Source: Candidatus Zixiibacteriota bacterium
GTDB lineage: Bacteria > Zixibacteria > MSB-5A5 > GN15 > JAAZOE01
Direction of reading: 5' to 3'
Length of the DNA: 64,000 nucleotides
Assembly: GCA_043819555.1 (NCBI GenBank)
Contig: JBDREQ010000009.1
Coordinates: 64,001 to 128,000, forward strand
The notes beneath the pieces are model-generated. The model was given only the letters and a program-made list of their open reading frames with translations. It was not told the DNA's origin and made no database searches. This document shows, piece by piece, positions 29,801 through 41,525 of the stretch. Both the position numbers and the translations under genes were made by a program. Position 1 is the first letter of the stretch, and every line of letters begins with the position of its first letter.

Positions 29801-32656
29801 TCAATTCGGGCAGCAGCGCAACATCGCCCCATTGCGGAATATGTAATTTATAATCCTAACGGCATCGGCCAACGAAATCCCACTATCGCAATCAACATCA
29901 CTATGTAATTCATCAGAAGGCCGCGGCCCTCCCCGGAACAGGTAATTCAATAATGTGACGGCATCGGCAACGCCCGTTCGATTATCGCCATTGGCATCAC
30001 CGCAATTGACGTCAACGCCCAAATCCTGAAGCGCCTGCAGCAGTACTCCGGCAGCCGCATCTTCTTCCATTAATGATAGAGGGAAATTCAACAGAACAAA
30101 CTGATAATCATCGCCCAGATACCGAATTCCATTAATCGCGCCATGATGAACCGTATCGGGATTGGATGAAATATATGAATATAAAGGCTCCGCTTCTTTG
30201 GTCGGCATCAAATATCCTGTCATCGGGATATAGCCATCAATCGGCAATTGTGACGCGGCAATCTTTTCCATATCGGCCGATAGGTCGGCATAATCCGGAT
30301 TAAGTGACGCGCAGCCCATCAAATCTCCATAAAAATATTCGCCATCGAATATAAGACCATATGTGGTGATGCTGTCCAATTTTAAATACTTTTTAAAAAA
30401 ATCATCATCGGAAAATGACCAGGTCAGCGGCTCATCGTAAGGTGTCGTAAAAACAGAGTTGATAATTATCGCTTTGCCGCCGCCATCAAAATAGGTTTGC
30501 AAATCCAGGAAAGCGCGTGAACCTATTCTATTCCATCTCGATTCCGAATCAAATATCAGAATATTATAATCGGCGAATTCGTTGATGGTGTGAAATGACT
30601 GGTCATATCTCTCCAGCCGCGATAGAATTCGCGATAAGGCATTATGATAGAGTTTTTCCAGATAAGTGGTGTAGAATGGGCCAGTCTGATTATGCGGCCA
30701 GCCATTGAAATCGCACAACAAAACGCCTTCATTCATCGCCATCGGTATGGCCGATATAATCTCGCTTGGCGATGATTCCAATCCGAGTTCATTTTTAGCA
30801 GCCACCGAATAATAATATACATTTCCCGAAATGACATTATAATCACTGTATGAATGCTCGGATGTTAGATCATAAGCAATTAATGATTCCCGGTCGTCTC
30901 CCCGATATATGACAAACTCCACATTGGCTGAATCAACTGCGAGTGTCCATGATAGTACCGGAACAGTATCAATTACATTAATTGAAAATTCATTTACGCC
31001 ATGAGGCCGGACCGGCGTCAGGCTGACCGGTAATGATATTCCCGATTCACGATAAGTTTGATCGCTTAAACTAACCGCTAATTCATATTCATGCGTCGAA
31101 AACGGTACTTCGAAGCGGTAGAATGTATCAGCCATCAGGGCAGTACTGAATTTTTGCCATTCGCCATTTTCAGTTTTGTCGCGATAATACAAATTGTAGC
31201 CTGTTAAATCGGAGCGTATGCTTGCGTTCCAGACGACATCAACATAATCATCGTCATATTCAGATACTACAAATCCCTGCGGCGGTCCCGGATGAGGCAG
31301 AGTCATACCCGATCTGTAAACTTCATTTGCCCGGCGATGATGTTCTATGAGTCTTGAAAAATCCAAACTTTCCTCGAATGGAAACGGATCATACTTATCA
31401 TGTAGACTGGAAAAATCATCCGGATTGACATGCACATTATTAGCGGCAACCAGCGCTACGACAAATGTCACCGAATCACCGGGAGGCAAATTAAACGGGC
31501 CGAAGGACAATAAAAATCGAGTATCGGCACCAATTGTGACATCAATTGCTGGTTCAAGCGGTGGATTCCTCCATCCATTCGTGGTATCGAATAGATATGT
31601 TTCCAGTTGATTGTAATCGATTTCCGGAAAAGATAAATCATCATATTTATGCCGATCTGTGCCCCAATAATCAGAGGTAGTATATTCCTGCCAATATTTC
31701 TCCAATTGACGGGGGCCAAAACCATATTCCGGATAACCGCTGCGGCTCCACCAATTGAAATTCACTCTGTCAATATCAAAACCGGCGTCCATTAAACTGA
31801 CAGATATAGCTGCTCGCGGAGACCTGTAATCCCAGATATGATCGCCCTGTGCTCTTGTCGGATCGCCATCATTATCAATGATATAGGCAATCCGGGATGT
31901 TATGTCGGGATTAGTCTCGTCCAGGACGGCTTCCAGCGAACCTGAAATATCATCAGAATGGCCGTTTTGCCTGTTAGAAATATGAAAAACGTCTCCATCC
32001 AAGAATATCCCGGCCCAGCCATCGGTTATATTTCTATCCTGAATATTGGTAACCGTATATTCCATTATCACAAAATCATCAAAAGCGGTATCACTCCAGC
32101 TATATGTGCGATGCACAACTTTTAAACCAAGCGGTTTGTGATATGATAAAGGAGTCTGATCAAATCCCCGATCAACAAATGTGTCCAAAACTGTAGAAAC
32201 AAATTCATCATCCGCGAAATTGCCGGTGCGATATGTCTTTCCCTTTTGGTAATCCTCGGCAAATAACTCCCCATATGATATCCACCCGTCATCTCCAACG
32301 GTAACGAATGAATCATTTTCGACAACACCGCCAATCCATAATGATCCGATCCAGGCATATATCAAATCACTACCCTTTGGATAAGTCATATATTCCAGCG
32401 TATCGCCGGTTTCGGGGTCAATAGGATATCTGTCAAACGATCCTATATCGGTTTCAAAAAATGTCGTATAAAATTCCCCAGCGTCGTGGACGGCGACTTT
32501 ACGCGGTTCGCCGGGTAATACCGTTTGCTCGGTTAGAGATAGCTTATCTTCTGAAAATTTTGAGTAATTCCCCTTATCGGCGGCTAATAGAAAACCCGCC
32601 AACAAGAAAACAACCGCCCCTAAAAGTATTCCTGGCGTAAATCGATAATTCCCCAT
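29801..32656 (-). CDS. Large secreted protein with FN3-like domains and C-terminal dockerin-like domain
   Basis: Signal peptide; FN3-like segments (VVWN...GYNLYYR, YYYSVAAKN..GLES..S); CGDANGDNRTGVADAVTLLNYLFRGGP and DVDCDSGISLADAV repeats. Confidence 0.8.
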   Translation of the reverse strand: MGNYRFTPGILLGAVVFLLAGFLLAADKGNYSKFSEDKLSLTEQTVLPGEPRKVAVHDAGEFYTTFFETDIGSFDRYPIDPETGDTLEYMTYPKGSDLIYAWIGSLWIGGVVENDSFVTVGDDGWISYGELFAEDYQKGKTYRTGNFADDEFVSTVLDTFVDRGFDQTPLSYHKPLGLKVVHRTYSWSDTAFDDFVIMEYTVTNIQDRNITDGWAGIFLDGDVFHISNRQNGHSDDISGSLEAVLDETNPDITSRIAYIIDNDGDPTRAQGDHIWDYRSPRAAISVSLMDAGFDIDRVNFNWWSRSGYPEYGFGPRQLEKYWQEYTTSDYWGTDRHKYDDLSFPEIDYNQLETYLFDTTNGWRNPPLEPAIDVTIGADTRFLLSFGPFNLPPGDSVTFVVALVAANNVHVNPDDFSSLHDKYDPFPFEESLDFSRLIEHHRRANEVYRSGMTLPHPGPPQGFVVSEYDDDYVDVVWNASIRSDLTGYNLYYRDKTENGEWQKFSTALMADTFYRFEVPFSTHEYELAVSLSDQTYRESGISLPVSLTPVRPHGVNEFSINVIDTVPVLSWTLAVDSANVEFVIYRGDDRESLIAYDLTSEHSYSDYNVISGNVYYYSVAAKNELGLESSPSEIISAIPMAMNEGVLLCDFNGWPHNQTGPFYTTYLEKLYHNALSRILSRLERYDQSFHTINEFADYNILIFDSESRWNRIGSRAFLDLQTYFDGGGKAIIINSVFTTPYDEPLTWSFSDDDFFKKYLKLDSITTYGLIFDGEYFYGDLMGCASLNPDYADLSADMEKIAASQLPIDGYIPMTGYLMPTKEAEPLYSYISSNPDTVHHGAINGIRYLGDDYQFVLLNFPLSLMEEDAAAGVLLQALQDLGVDVNCGDANGDNRTGVADAVTLLNYLFRGGPRPSDELHSDVDCDSGISLADAVRIINYIFRNGAMLRCCPN

Positions 32657-32817
32657 AACAAAACCCCTCAGCTAAATTTATATTACTTAATATAACATAC
32701 TTTCCCTTATAGCAAAGCGCTTTTTCTCATAAATAAATGGCTGGAGCCGAAAAGTGAGGAGCGGCTATATTTCATAGACGAAGTATATATAAATTATGTT
32801 TAATGTCAAATAAAATA

Positions 32818-33231
32818 TTACAAACGATACAGCATTAAATAAACCGCGATGCCGCTTAAGGAAACAAATACCCACACCGGCCATACCCATTTGACGATCC
32901 GTCGATGCTTTTCAACTCTTTCTTTTATGGCCAGATAAAGCGCCCTCAAAATAAATGGAACCATCAGAGCCGCCAGAATGATGTGCGGAATCAGGATGGC
33001 GAAATATACCGGCCGGGTCCAATCATCTTTTAGATACGGCACTGAACCGGCCTTTTGATGATAAACCAAATAAGATATCAGAAATAGTGCAGAAGTTACC
33101 ACTGCTGACAACATCAATTTCTTATGGGCTGATTGCTTTTGTTTTTTTATTTGAATATAACCGGCGAGAAGGAATATCGTAGCGATGCCATTGAGGACGG
33201 CATTTATCGTCGGGAGGTCGTTTATACTCAT
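32818..33231 (-). CDS. DUF420 (CtaM/YozB-like) membrane protein
   Basis: LPTINAVLN, HKKLM, FLISYLVYH and HRRI..W.WPVW motifs. TGATG coupling. Confidence 0.85.
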   Translation of the reverse strand: MSINDLPTINAVLNGIATIFLLAGYIQIKKQKQSAHKKLMLSAVVTSALFLISYLVYHQKAGSVPYLKDDWTRPVYFAILIPHIILAALMVPFILRALYLAIKERVEKHRRIVKWVWPVWVFVSLSGIAVYLMLYRL

Positions 33232-33827
33232 CACCTCTCCCGCGCCAGCATACTGATATGGTTTTTCAAAATCATCATACTCTTTTCGTCGGTGCCGTCA
33301 TAATAACCGCGGATGCGCCCCTGCCTATCCAGCAGAGTAAACCGATATGTATGCCCCCCCGGTAGGCCCTCTGCCGGAAGCATAAATCCTTCTTCGCTGA
33401 GCCGGACGACATCTTCAATGGGCGCTCGTAAAAAATTCCAGCGATTATCCATCACGCCCCATTTTTCGGCGAATGCTTGCAGAACGCGCAGCGAATCCCG
33501 CTCGGGATCGACCGAAATAAACAGAAACTGAATCTTATCCGACCCCGAGAAATAATTATAAAGCTGCGACATATACATGCATGTCGTCGGGCAAATGCTG
33601 CGGCAATGGGTAAATCCAAAACATACAACCGATATTTTTCCATTTAGATCGGTTCGCCCGAATGGCTGTCCGTTTCTTTCGGTCATGGAAAATTCAGGAA
33701 TTTCACCTAGAATCGGCAATTTGCCGCGCGAAGATTCGGCCCACCAAATGACCGCAGTACCAAGGAGAAATAAAAAAACAACGGCGGGTATTATCCATCT
33801 CAGATTTGATATAAATCTTTTGTTCAT
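33231..33827 (-). CDS. SCO1/SenC copper chaperone
   Basis: FTHCRSICP (CxxxC), SVDPERD, conserved His (GGHT), RGYYDG. Confidence 0.9.
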   Translation of the reverse strand: MNKRFISNLRWIIPAVVFLFLLGTAVIWWAESSRGKLPILGEIPEFSMTERNGQPFGRTDLNGKISVVCFGFTHCRSICPTTCMYMSQLYNYFSGSDKIQFLFISVDPERDSLRVLQAFAEKWGVMDNRWNFLRAPIEDVVRLSEEGFMLPAEGLPGGHTYRFTLLDRQGRIRGYYDGTDEKSMMILKNHISMLARER

Positions 33828-34756
33828 ACCGACCTCCCCTCAATTCTCAAGGCGGAAAATATCAGAATCACAAATCCAAAATGCAATGCCGAAAGAAGCA
33901 AATGAAATAGCTGCGCAATCTTGACCGTTGTGAACAAAATCGTTAAAGGCCCCACAATCAACTGCAGTGTAACGGTGATGATCGCTGCTATTGTAATTTG
34001 AGATATCATCGCTGATTTGCCTTTGGTCTGGCGCAATATCCTTGTTCCCGTCTGCCAGGTTATAAGGACAACCAGAATTCCGAGAATGGTATGGAAATAC
34101 TGTACCCATCCGACCCTGGTCATGATTTCGGCTTCATTCAGAAGAGGGAATGATGCTATTGCCGCTTCCATCGCTTCGCGTATCTGCGTTCCGCTGATTA
34201 CTTGAATAAGCGATGTAATGGCAAGCACAATTATCCACCAATGCAATCCTCCTTCCCGGCGATCAATTATTTTGATCACATCCCGGTTCAGATAAAACGT
34301 CTGCTGAGTAACATACATCATCAACCCGGCAATAATAAACGCCAACCCCATATGGATTGAGACAATCATCGGATCCAGCTGGGTTGCCACTAAGCGGCTC
34401 CCCTGCCATCCCTGATACGCGACCAGCAAAGCTGCTAGTAACGCAGGAATGACAATTCTTAAATACTTTCGGTAGCTTAAAAGTGACCAGATCGCGGTGA
34501 TGGCAATCAATATTCCGACTGTCATCCCAATCAATCGATTGACATATTCAATCCAGGCCAAAGCAAAATTGAATTGAGCGGGATCAATATTGGCCGGCAA
34601 TTGACTGATGCTCGTGGGCGGTATCCATCGTCCAAAACAGGTCGGCCAGTCGGGACATCCCATCCCGGCTCCGGATACGCGCACCAATCCCCCGACAAAT
34701 ATCAAAAAATAAGTGGCAACAGTCGCCGCCAACGCAAATTTGGTAAATTTATTCAT
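33824..34756 (-). CDS. ctaA: Heme A synthase (COX15/CtaA)
   Basis: GGLVRVSGAGMGCPDWPTC, WIEYVNR, about eight TM helices, His ligands. Confidence 0.9.
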   Translation of the reverse strand: MNKFTKFALAATVATYFLIFVGGLVRVSGAGMGCPDWPTCFGRWIPPTSISQLPANIDPAQFNFALAWIEYVNRLIGMTVGILIAITAIWSLLSYRKYLRIVIPALLAALLVAYQGWQGSRLVATQLDPMIVSIHMGLAFIIAGLMMYVTQQTFYLNRDVIKIIDRREGGLHWWIIVLAITSLIQVISGTQIREAMEAAIASFPLLNEAEIMTRVGWVQYFHTILGILVVLITWQTGTRILRQTKGKSAMISQITIAAIITVTLQLIVGPLTILFTTVKIAQLFHLLLSALHFGFVILIFSALRIEGRSV

Positions 34757-34822
34757 AATTCCTGCCTTATATCCCCAATTCCCCTACTTAATTATTACCT
34801 ATGCATAATTATATTTAATCAC

Positions 34823-35266
34823 TCAATGATTATCATTCAGATCATCATCATCATCCACAATCGCGCTATCGCCGGCATTTTCAATAATACTATCATGTAT
34901 GGTAACACTAAGGCTATCATACATCGAAGAACTCTCATTTATCGGACGACCGACTTCAGGATAAATCTGGTCGCGCGTCATAGTATCAAACATTGTAAAG
35001 ATAATAAAAATCGATAAAAACAAAATCGCGATAACAAAAACGATCAGGTATAATTTTTTGTCATATAAAAGATGCATAAATATCAGCAACACCATCAAAC
35101 CCTTTACGCCGGCGATGGCCAACGCGACAACGACATTCCATCCTCCGAGGTTAATCTTCGATACAGCGACCGTCACTACCGTTAGAATAAACAAAGCTAA
35201 TGCCACGCCCAGATATACCTTGATTGGTACCAGATAATGTTCTCCTTTAACTGCCTGTTGACTCAT
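34823..35266 (-). CDS. ctaF: Cytochrome c oxidase subunit IV family
   Basis: LTVVTVAV...IAGVKGLMVLLIFMHL motif; position in the cox operon. Confidence 0.85.
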   Translation of the reverse strand: MSQQAVKGEHYLVPIKVYLGVALALFILTVVTVAVSKINLGGWNVVVALAIAGVKGLMVLLIFMHLLYDKKLYLIVFVIAILFLSIFIIFTMFDTMTRDQIYPEVGRPINESSSMYDSLSVTIHDSIIENAGDSAIVDDDDDLNDNH

Positions 35267-35270
35267 ATCA

Positions 35271-35918
35271 TCATCCAATCAAATACAATAGCGGGAATAA
35301 AAATATCCAGATCAAATCGACCAGATGCCAGTACAATCCGGTCATCTCCATTGGAGTATAATAATCTTTGGAGAATCTATTTTTCAAAGTCTTAACCATC
35401 ACCCACGTAATTGCTATCATTCCGCCAATTACATGCAATCCATGCAGTCCGGTCATCACAAAATAAACGCTAAAAAATATATGCGGGTTGGATCCTTCGA
35501 CTCCGGTGAAAGTGTAATATTTCCCCGGCAATTGTCCCAGATGATACTTGTGGCTATATTCAAAATATTTTACGACCAAAAACACGGCCGCGAACACCAG
35601 CGTCAATGCCAGGCTTATCACCGTTTTTCTTTTATCGCCAACCTGCATAAATCGAATTGACAGAGCCATCGTCAGGGAACTAGTGATCAGAACAATCGTA
35701 TTGAGCATGCCCAGATTGGAATCCAGAAATTTATGGGCGTTATAAAACATATCGGGATTCCAGGCGCGATAGATGGCGTAAAAACAAAACAACCCGCCAA
35801 ACAGTAATATTTCGGTCAGCAGAAATATCCACATCCCCAGCTTGGCGGAATCCTGCTGCTGTGTTACATCGCTGAAATGATGCGCCAGATGTGACGGATG
35901 TCCGTTCGCGTCGCTCAT
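35271..35918 (-). CDS. ctaE: Cytochrome c oxidase subunit III
   Basis: LGMWIFLLTE.LLFGGLF, TGLHGLHV and GLYWHLVDLIW motifs. Confidence 0.93.
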   Translation of the reverse strand: MSDANGHPSHLAHHFSDVTQQQDSAKLGMWIFLLTEILLFGGLFCFYAIYRAWNPDMFYNAHKFLDSNLGMLNTIVLITSSLTMALSIRFMQVGDKRKTVISLALTLVFAAVFLVVKYFEYSHKYHLGQLPGKYYTFTGVEGSNPHIFFSVYFVMTGLHGLHVIGGMIAITWVMVKTLKNRFSKDYYTPMEMTGLYWHLVDLIWIFLFPLLYLIG

Positions 35919-35927
35919 GATATTTTC

Positions 35928-37529
35928 CTAATTTCGCTCCACCAGAACTTTATCATAATCGTATGGTCCGTGTAAAAATATCGGCGTCCCCACGAAATTC
36001 TCCGGGGGGGGCGGCGATGTCGTTTGCCATTCCATCGTAAGGGAACCCCAGGGATTATCGGGGGCTTGTTTTCCTTTGATTAATGAATGGACAAAATAAA
36101 TAATCATTATCAAAAACCCTGCGCCAAGAACCCACGAGCCAACCGAAGAAAATCCATGCAATGGCTGATACTGGTCGAGATAATTATAATACCTCCGCGG
36201 CATACCTTTTGTCCCCAGAATAAATTGCGACATAAAAGTCATATTGAAACCGATGAATATCAGGGCCAGCGATATTTTCGCCCACCGTTCGCTATACATC
36301 CTGCCAAACATTTTGGGCCACCAGAAATGGAGCCCGCCCAAAAAAGCGATTGTCGTTCCACCCATCATGACATAATGAAAATGCGCCACCACAAAATAGG
36401 TGTCATGCAAATGAACATCAACCGCCAGAGATCCCAGAAAGATACCGGTCAATCCACCGATAGAGAACAAAAATAAAAACGACAAGGCATACAGCATCGG
36501 CGTATCGAGTTTTATCTGGGCTTTATACATCGTTGCCAGCCAGTTGAAGACTTTGATTCCCGAGGGAATGGCGACCATAAAAGTCAAGAATGAAAATATC
36601 ATAGCCGCGATTTCCGATTGTCCGCTGGTGTACATATGATGGCCCCAGACGAGGAAACTGACAAATGCAATCGCCAGCGATGAAAACGCGATGGCGTTAT
36701 AACCAAATATTTTCTTATGCGAAAAAGTCGCGACCAGCTCGCTGATAATACCCATCCCCGGCAAAATCATGATATATACCGCCGGATGCGAATAGAACCA
36801 GAAGAAATGTTGAAACAAAACCGGATCGCCACCCATGGCCGGATCAAATATCCCAATTCCAAAAACCCGCTCCAAAATCAAAAGTATCAACGTAATTCCC
36901 AAAACCGGCGTTGCCAGGACCTGAATTATCGCCGTAGCATACAATCCCCAAACAAATAAAGGCATCTTAAACCATGTCATTCCCGGCACGCGCAGCTTGT
37001 GAACCGTTACGATGAAATTAAGCCCGGTAAATATTGATGAGAATCCCAGTATAAACACACCGGTCGTCATCGACACCACCGACGTCGTCGATTCAGTGCT
37101 ATAAGGCGTATAAAAAGTCCACCCGGTATCGACCGCTCCGGCCACGATTGAATAGAGAGCAAAAAGCGAACCGGCGACATATATATACCAACTCGCAAGA
37201 TTCAATCGGGGGAAGGCGACATCTTTGGCGCCAAGCATCTGGGGCAGGACAAAATTGCCAAGCGCCGCCGGAATTGAAGGGATGATAAAAAGAAAAATCA
37301 TGATCGCGCCATGAAGAGTAAATACCCGATTATAAGTATCGGCTTCGATAAAATCTTTGCCCGGTGATAATAATTCCAGCCGTATCACCATCGCCAGGAG
37401 ACCGCCCACGATGAAAAAAGTCATGATCGCCGCCAGATACATAATCCCGATTCGTTTATGATCAAGCGTATATAGCCAGCTTTTTATTCCTTTTGGTTCC
37501 TTCAAGTAACTCAGCCTTACTTCATCCAT
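35928..37529 (-). CDS. ctaD: Cytochrome c oxidase subunit I, A2 type
   Basis: [15 protein letters not shown] (YS motif marks A2), WGHHM, VAHFHY, GMPRR. ATG at 37529 has a GAGG SD. Confidence 0.96.
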   Translation of the reverse strand: MDEVRLSYLKEPKGIKSWLYTLDHKRIGIMYLAAIMTFFIVGGLLAMVIRLELLSPGKDFIEADTYNRVFTLHGAIMIFLFIIPSIPAALGNFVLPQMLGAKDVAFPRLNLASWYIYVAGSLFALYSIVAGAVDTGWTFYTPYSTESTTSVVSMTTGVFILGFSSIFTGLNFIVTVHKLRVPGMTWFKMPLFVWGLYATAIIQVLATPVLGITLILLILERVFGIGIFDPAMGGDPVLFQHFFWFYSHPAVYIMILPGMGIISELVATFSHKKIFGYNAIAFSSLAIAFVSFLVWGHHMYTSGQSEIAAMIFSFLTFMVAIPSGIKVFNWLATMYKAQIKLDTPMLYALSFLFLFSIGGLTGIFLGSLAVDVHLHDTYFVVAHFHYVMMGGTTIAFLGGLHFWWPKMFGRMYSERWAKISLALIFIGFNMTFMSQFILGTKGMPRRYYNYLDQYQPLHGFSSVGSWVLGAGFLIMIIYFVHSLIKGKQAPDNPWGSLTMEWQTTSPPPPENFVGTPIFLHGPYDYDKVLVERN

Positions 37530-37536
37530 ACAGACC

Positions 37537-38481
37537 TCATTCCTCAAGCGACTTTATATAAGCTATCAACGCGTCAACCTGACGATTATTCAAAATCCCC
37601 TGAAAAGTCGGCATCACCGGCTGATACCCGGCAACCACTTTTGCTCGCGGATTAACGATTGATTCGCGCAAATAGTTTTCATCTATTGTAAGGACAGTTC
37701 CATCGGCCAGTCCGCGTTCAATTCCAAAGATTTTATTCAATGGCGGTCCGGTATGCGCACCTCCGTCAACTTTATGGCATGTAACGCAAGCTTTCGTTCT
37801 GAATAATTGTTCGCCGTATTCGTCCAGCGACATGCCCTCGCCGCTAACCGCGCTCGATTCCAGCCACGCGGCGAATTCCCGCTCACCAACGACATTGACG
37901 CGCCCGATCATATCCGAATGCGATTTCCCGCAATATTCGGCGCAAAACAGATTATGTCCGCCGACACTTTCAGCCTCAAACCATGTCACGGTGTAACGAT
38001 TCGGCAATACATCCATTTTGATGCGAAAGTCGGGTACAAAAAAACTGTGAATAACATCCTTGGATGACATCAACAGCTTGATCGGCTTACCCGCCGGAAC
38101 CGTTAAATCATTGACGGTTGTCGCTCCATTGGGATAATCAAAGGTCCAAAACCACTTTTGACCGGTAACCTTAATCTCATAGGCGTCTTTGGGGACGACA
38201 TGCATTTTCATAAAGAGTCGGAAACCCCAGAAAAACACAATAATGACCAGTATCGTCGGGATAATCGACCAGATCAGTTCCAGTTTAAAATTATGCGATA
38301 AATCCGGAGTCAGGGTATCTTTGGCTTTACTGTGGTAGCGAGTGGCGAAAAAGAAAATGATGAAGACAACGATAACAAAAAAAACCAACCCGCCGTAAAG
38401 AATAAAATTAAAAAGAGCGTCCACATCTGGTGCAATCGTTGAACTGCCCGGTGGCATAATCAAAGTACCGGCCGTATCCAT
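37537..38481 (-). CDS. ctaC: Cytochrome c oxidase subunit II with fused cytochrome c (caa3)
   Basis: [18 protein letters not shown] (CuA site), C-terminal CVTCH. Confidence 0.95.
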   Translation of the reverse strand: MDTAGTLIMPPGSSTIAPDVDALFNFILYGGLVFFVIVVFIIFFFATRYHSKAKDTLTPDLSHNFKLELIWSIIPTILVIIVFFWGFRLFMKMHVVPKDAYEIKVTGQKWFWTFDYPNGATTVNDLTVPAGKPIKLLMSSKDVIHSFFVPDFRIKMDVLPNRYTVTWFEAESVGGHNLFCAEYCGKSHSDMIGRVNVVGEREFAAWLESSAVSGEGMSLDEYGEQLFRTKACVTCHKVDGGAHTGPPLNKIFGIERGLADGTVLTIDENYLRESIVNPRAKVVAGYQPVMPTFQGILNNRQVDALIAYIKSLEE

Positions 38482-38501
38482 AATCTAAGTCTTTGCCTTT
38501 C

Positions 38502-39338
38502 CTATATCTTATTTTGCCCGGTCGAGACGCGGCGGCGCCGCGATTCTCTCAGCCACCAGAACCCCAAAAATAACACCAACAAAACCACCGTTATGGTTCC
38601 TCCTAATTTCATCACATTGCCCGCCAGTACCACATATCCTCCGGCATCGGGATCATAATGGAAACAGTAAAGCAGTACTCGATCAATCGTATTTCCGATT
38701 TTCCCTTCGGATGCTTCGAGCAATGCCAGTCTCAAATCGCGTTCTTTGAATTCAATGCCGTACAGGTATCTCGATATTTTGCCCTCGGGAGTCAGGATAG
38801 TTATTACGGCCGCATGCGCGTACTGATTATTCGCTTCATCCCAGTAGTATTTAAATCCGATCGCATCCGCCAACCGTTTCGATTCTTCCGCCGCAGCAAC
38901 AAAATACGTCCACCCGGCCGAAACCTCCGCTCGTCCCAACGACTTGATGTAATTTTGCTTTTTATCCGCGGCTAATTGCACTGTTTCAAGAGGATCAATA
39001 CTGACGGTCAGAAGGCGATATTCTTTCCCCGGAGTCCAGGCAAGATTCCTGATGCCTTCAGTTACCCCGTTGAAAACCAGATTGCACAACATCGGACAGG
39101 TATAATATCCCAATATCAAAATTACCAGCTTATCATCATTGAAATATTTTTCCAGAATTACCTGTTTGCCGGCATCATTGGTTAAGACAACATCTAGCGG
39201 AATGATATCTCCCAGATGTTCCTCAATATCAATTCCCTCAAGAGCCGGATCATTCTGATTTATTACTTGCGCCAAAGAAGAAACACCAATCCAATTGACA
39301 ACAGCCAAAACCAATATATATCTGATAAATCGCCTCAT
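38502..39338 (-). CDS. SCO-family protein associated with ACIII/oxidase operons
   Basis: YYTCPMLC, QYAHAA, RYLYGI and LLYCFHYDP motifs. Confidence 0.85.
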   Translation of the reverse strand: MRRFIRYILVLAVVNWIGVSSLAQVINQNDPALEGIDIEEHLGDIIPLDVVLTNDAGKQVILEKYFNDDKLVILILGYYTCPMLCNLVFNGVTEGIRNLAWTPGKEYRLLTVSIDPLETVQLAADKKQNYIKSLGRAEVSAGWTYFVAAAEESKRLADAIGFKYYWDEANNQYAHAAVITILTPEGKISRYLYGIEFKERDLRLALLEASEGKIGNTIDRVLLYCFHYDPDAGGYVVLAGNVMKLGGTITVVLLVLFLGFWWLRESRRRRVSTGQNKI

Positions 39339-39340
39339 GA

Positions 39341-39694
39341 TCACCTTCCCTTATCCGTTTTCGCGCTATAAATCGAATCCGCCATTAATTTCATCGCCGC
39401 TTCAATCGGAATCCGATACACTTCGTTCTTTTCATCGATAAGGCCATAAGATGATAATAACTCCGCTTCCTGTGCGCGCAGCTCCCGCAGTTCCGCTGAA
39501 ATCGGTTTCAACTCCATTTCATAAACCAATTCCTCCCTGGTGGCAAAATAATAATCAAATAAAAATATCAGGATAATCACCAGAACCGCTATCAACCCGG
39601 CGCCGTACCCAAGAACCTTCAAAATATTTACGTCGCGTTTCTCGTAACCGCTATCGGTTTTATTCAGGGAGTTATTTTTCTTTTTTTCGCCCAT
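39341..39694 (-). CDS. Single-TM protein of the ACIII operon (ActG-like)
   Basis: GYEKRD, one TM helix, YGLIDE...RIPIEAAM; position after actF. Confidence 0.6.
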   Translation of the reverse strand: MGEKKKNNSLNKTDSGYEKRDVNILKVLGYGAGLIAVLVIILIFLFDYYFATREELVYEMELKPISAELRELRAQEAELLSSYGLIDEKNEVYRIPIEAAMKLMADSIYSAKTDKGR

Positions 39695-39703
39695 CTTCTT
39701 TCA

Positions 39704-40888
39704 TTAATGATTTATAAAGTTTATCGAATCCTCAAGGCGCGGATCTCGGATCGGAACAATCGGGTGCGAAACAAAGCGCGACCAGAAAAACCAGAAACAA
39801 ATTCCGCCGATGCCAATGAAGGTACTGATATCCATCCATGATAAATAAAATCCATGCTGATGGTATGTCGGGATAATCAACCAGTACATGTCAACGTAAT
39901 GCATGAAAAGCAGCCACCCGGCCAGAATTTTCAAAGATACTAATTGCCGTTTTGCTCCCCGCGTTATCAGGATAAAAAACGGAATCACAAAATTCCCAAA
40001 GACCAAAAGTAGCGATACAGCTTTCCACGATCCTTCCCAACGATGCAAAAACCAAATTGTTTCCTCGGGGATATTCGCATACCATATCAGAAAATACTGC
40101 GAAAAAGCCATATAACCCCAGAAAACCATGAAAGCGAATGTCAGTTTGCCTAAATCATGATAATGCTCAATCGTTACAACATTAGCCAATACTCCGCGAT
40201 TCCGCAAATACATTAAGATCAAGGTCGTGAACGTTAAAAATCCGACCAATCCTCCAGAGAAGATATAAACACCGTAAATTGTCGAATACCAGTGAGGATC
40301 CAGAGACATCAGCCAATCGAAAGATGCGAAAGTCAAAGACAGAGCAAACAAAATCATCCCAGGCGCGCTGACGCGCCCGAATTTCTGGCGGATCTTTTCT
40401 GTATGGCCATCATCCTGCCTGAGTGAATATTTGCGAAGAAGAAATATCAGTATAATCCAGATCGCAAAATAGATAAATGAACGGATTACAAAAAAGGACA
40501 TATTCAGATACGGTTGTTTTCCCATGAGAAGCGCATCCTGCGCCACAGCATCAACATGGGTCCAGTGATACAATGAATGCGCCCCAAATAATATCGGCAG
40601 AAAGAATATTATCATCAGAGGCAGCATCAGCATGATATTTTCTGTCAAACGCCGCAGGACAACGCTCCATGTCGCACCGGTCAGATGATGCACCATAGCA
40701 AAAAACAACGCTCCCGCCGAAAGCGTAAACCAAAAGGCAAATGATGTAAGATACGAAAAGAAAAACTGGTCATTATCAACGAAATATCCAATCAGGCTGA
40801 CCACCAGACCGGCAATCCCTAATGTCAGTGCGGTTTTGCCCAGGTGTCCGGCATCCGATATCATATATGTCGAAGCATCATATTTCAT
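39704..40888 (-). CDS. actF: Alternative complex III subunit ActF
   Basis: FDWLMSLDPHWYSTIYG, HDLGKL and FSQYFLIWYANIPEE motifs. Confidence 0.9.
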   Translation of the reverse strand: MKYDASTYMISDAGHLGKTALTLGIAGLVVSLIGYFVDNDQFFFSYLTSFAFWFTLSAGALFFAMVHHLTGATWSVVLRRLTENIMLMLPLMIIFFLPILFGAHSLYHWTHVDAVAQDALLMGKQPYLNMSFFVIRSFIYFAIWIILIFLLRKYSLRQDDGHTEKIRQKFGRVSAPGMILFALSLTFASFDWLMSLDPHWYSTIYGVYIFSGGLVGFLTFTTLILMYLRNRGVLANVVTIEHYHDLGKLTFAFMVFWGYMAFSQYFLIWYANIPEETIWFLHRWEGSWKAVSLLLVFGNFVIPFFILITRGAKRQLVSLKILAGWLLFMHYVDMYWLIIPTYHQHGFYLSWMDISTFIGIGGICFWFFWSRFVSHPIVPIRDPRLEDSINFINH

Positions 40889-41523
40889 TGGTTGCCCTGC
40901 CTGATTTTCTCACGTAATTCTTCGGGAACATCATTAGGCTTTGAATTTTGACTTTTTTGCAGTGCCCGCAAATAGGTGATTATTGCCCAGCGATCATTGA
41001 CCGGGATCTGATGGGCGTAAGCTGGCATATTGCGAACGCCATTTGTAACCACGTCAAATATTTGACCAGCCGGCATTTCACGTATCCGATCATCATGAAA
41101 TGAGGGCGGAGGCAAATACCCCTTTTTGATCATTATTCCTTTCCCGTCGCCGAGCCGACTGTGACAGGGGGAGCAATATATATCAAATCTCTCCCGGCCC
41201 CGTTTTAATATCTCCATGTCAACATCGATCGGACTCGTCCGGATAAAATCACCCCTATCGTTCTTCCCCAGGTAAAATTCATCATCATCCCGCAAATCAC
41301 CTCGGGCAATCGTCCCCGCTACCGGATTTCGCATCGACGCACCATCTTCAAAAAATGAATTGGCCGACTGTGGCTTAACTTTCTCTTGATCATCCATATT
41401 GGGATTCAAATGAATTGGAGGATTTCCTGAAGGCCGCTCCCTGGCACAACCCATAAGAACAATCAAAGACATCAAAATAATATACGCTGTTGACAATACT
41501 TTATAATACCCGATCATTTTCAT
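40885..41523 (-). CDS. actE: Alternative complex III monoheme cytochrome c lipoprotein ActE
   Basis: Lipobox LMG-C, MDDQ.K.KPQ, CSPCH, MPAYA.QI..DRWAI. Confidence 0.9.
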   Translation of the reverse strand: MKMIGYYKVLSTAYIILMSLIVLMGCARERPSGNPPIHLNPNMDDQEKVKPQSANSFFEDGASMRNPVAGTIARGDLRDDDEFYLGKNDRGDFIRTSPIDVDMEILKRGRERFDIYCSPCHSRLGDGKGIMIKKGYLPPPSFHDDRIREMPAGQIFDVVTNGVRNMPAYAHQIPVNDRWAIITYLRALQKSQNSKPNDVPEELREKIRQGNQ

Positions 41524-41525
41524 AA

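Noticed and set aside
33824..34756. CtaA EYVNR in place of the ExxHR His ligand as a sign of inactivation
   Set aside because: As I recall, ExxNR variants occur in other CtaA clades, and the other His residues and the CPDWPxC motif are intact.
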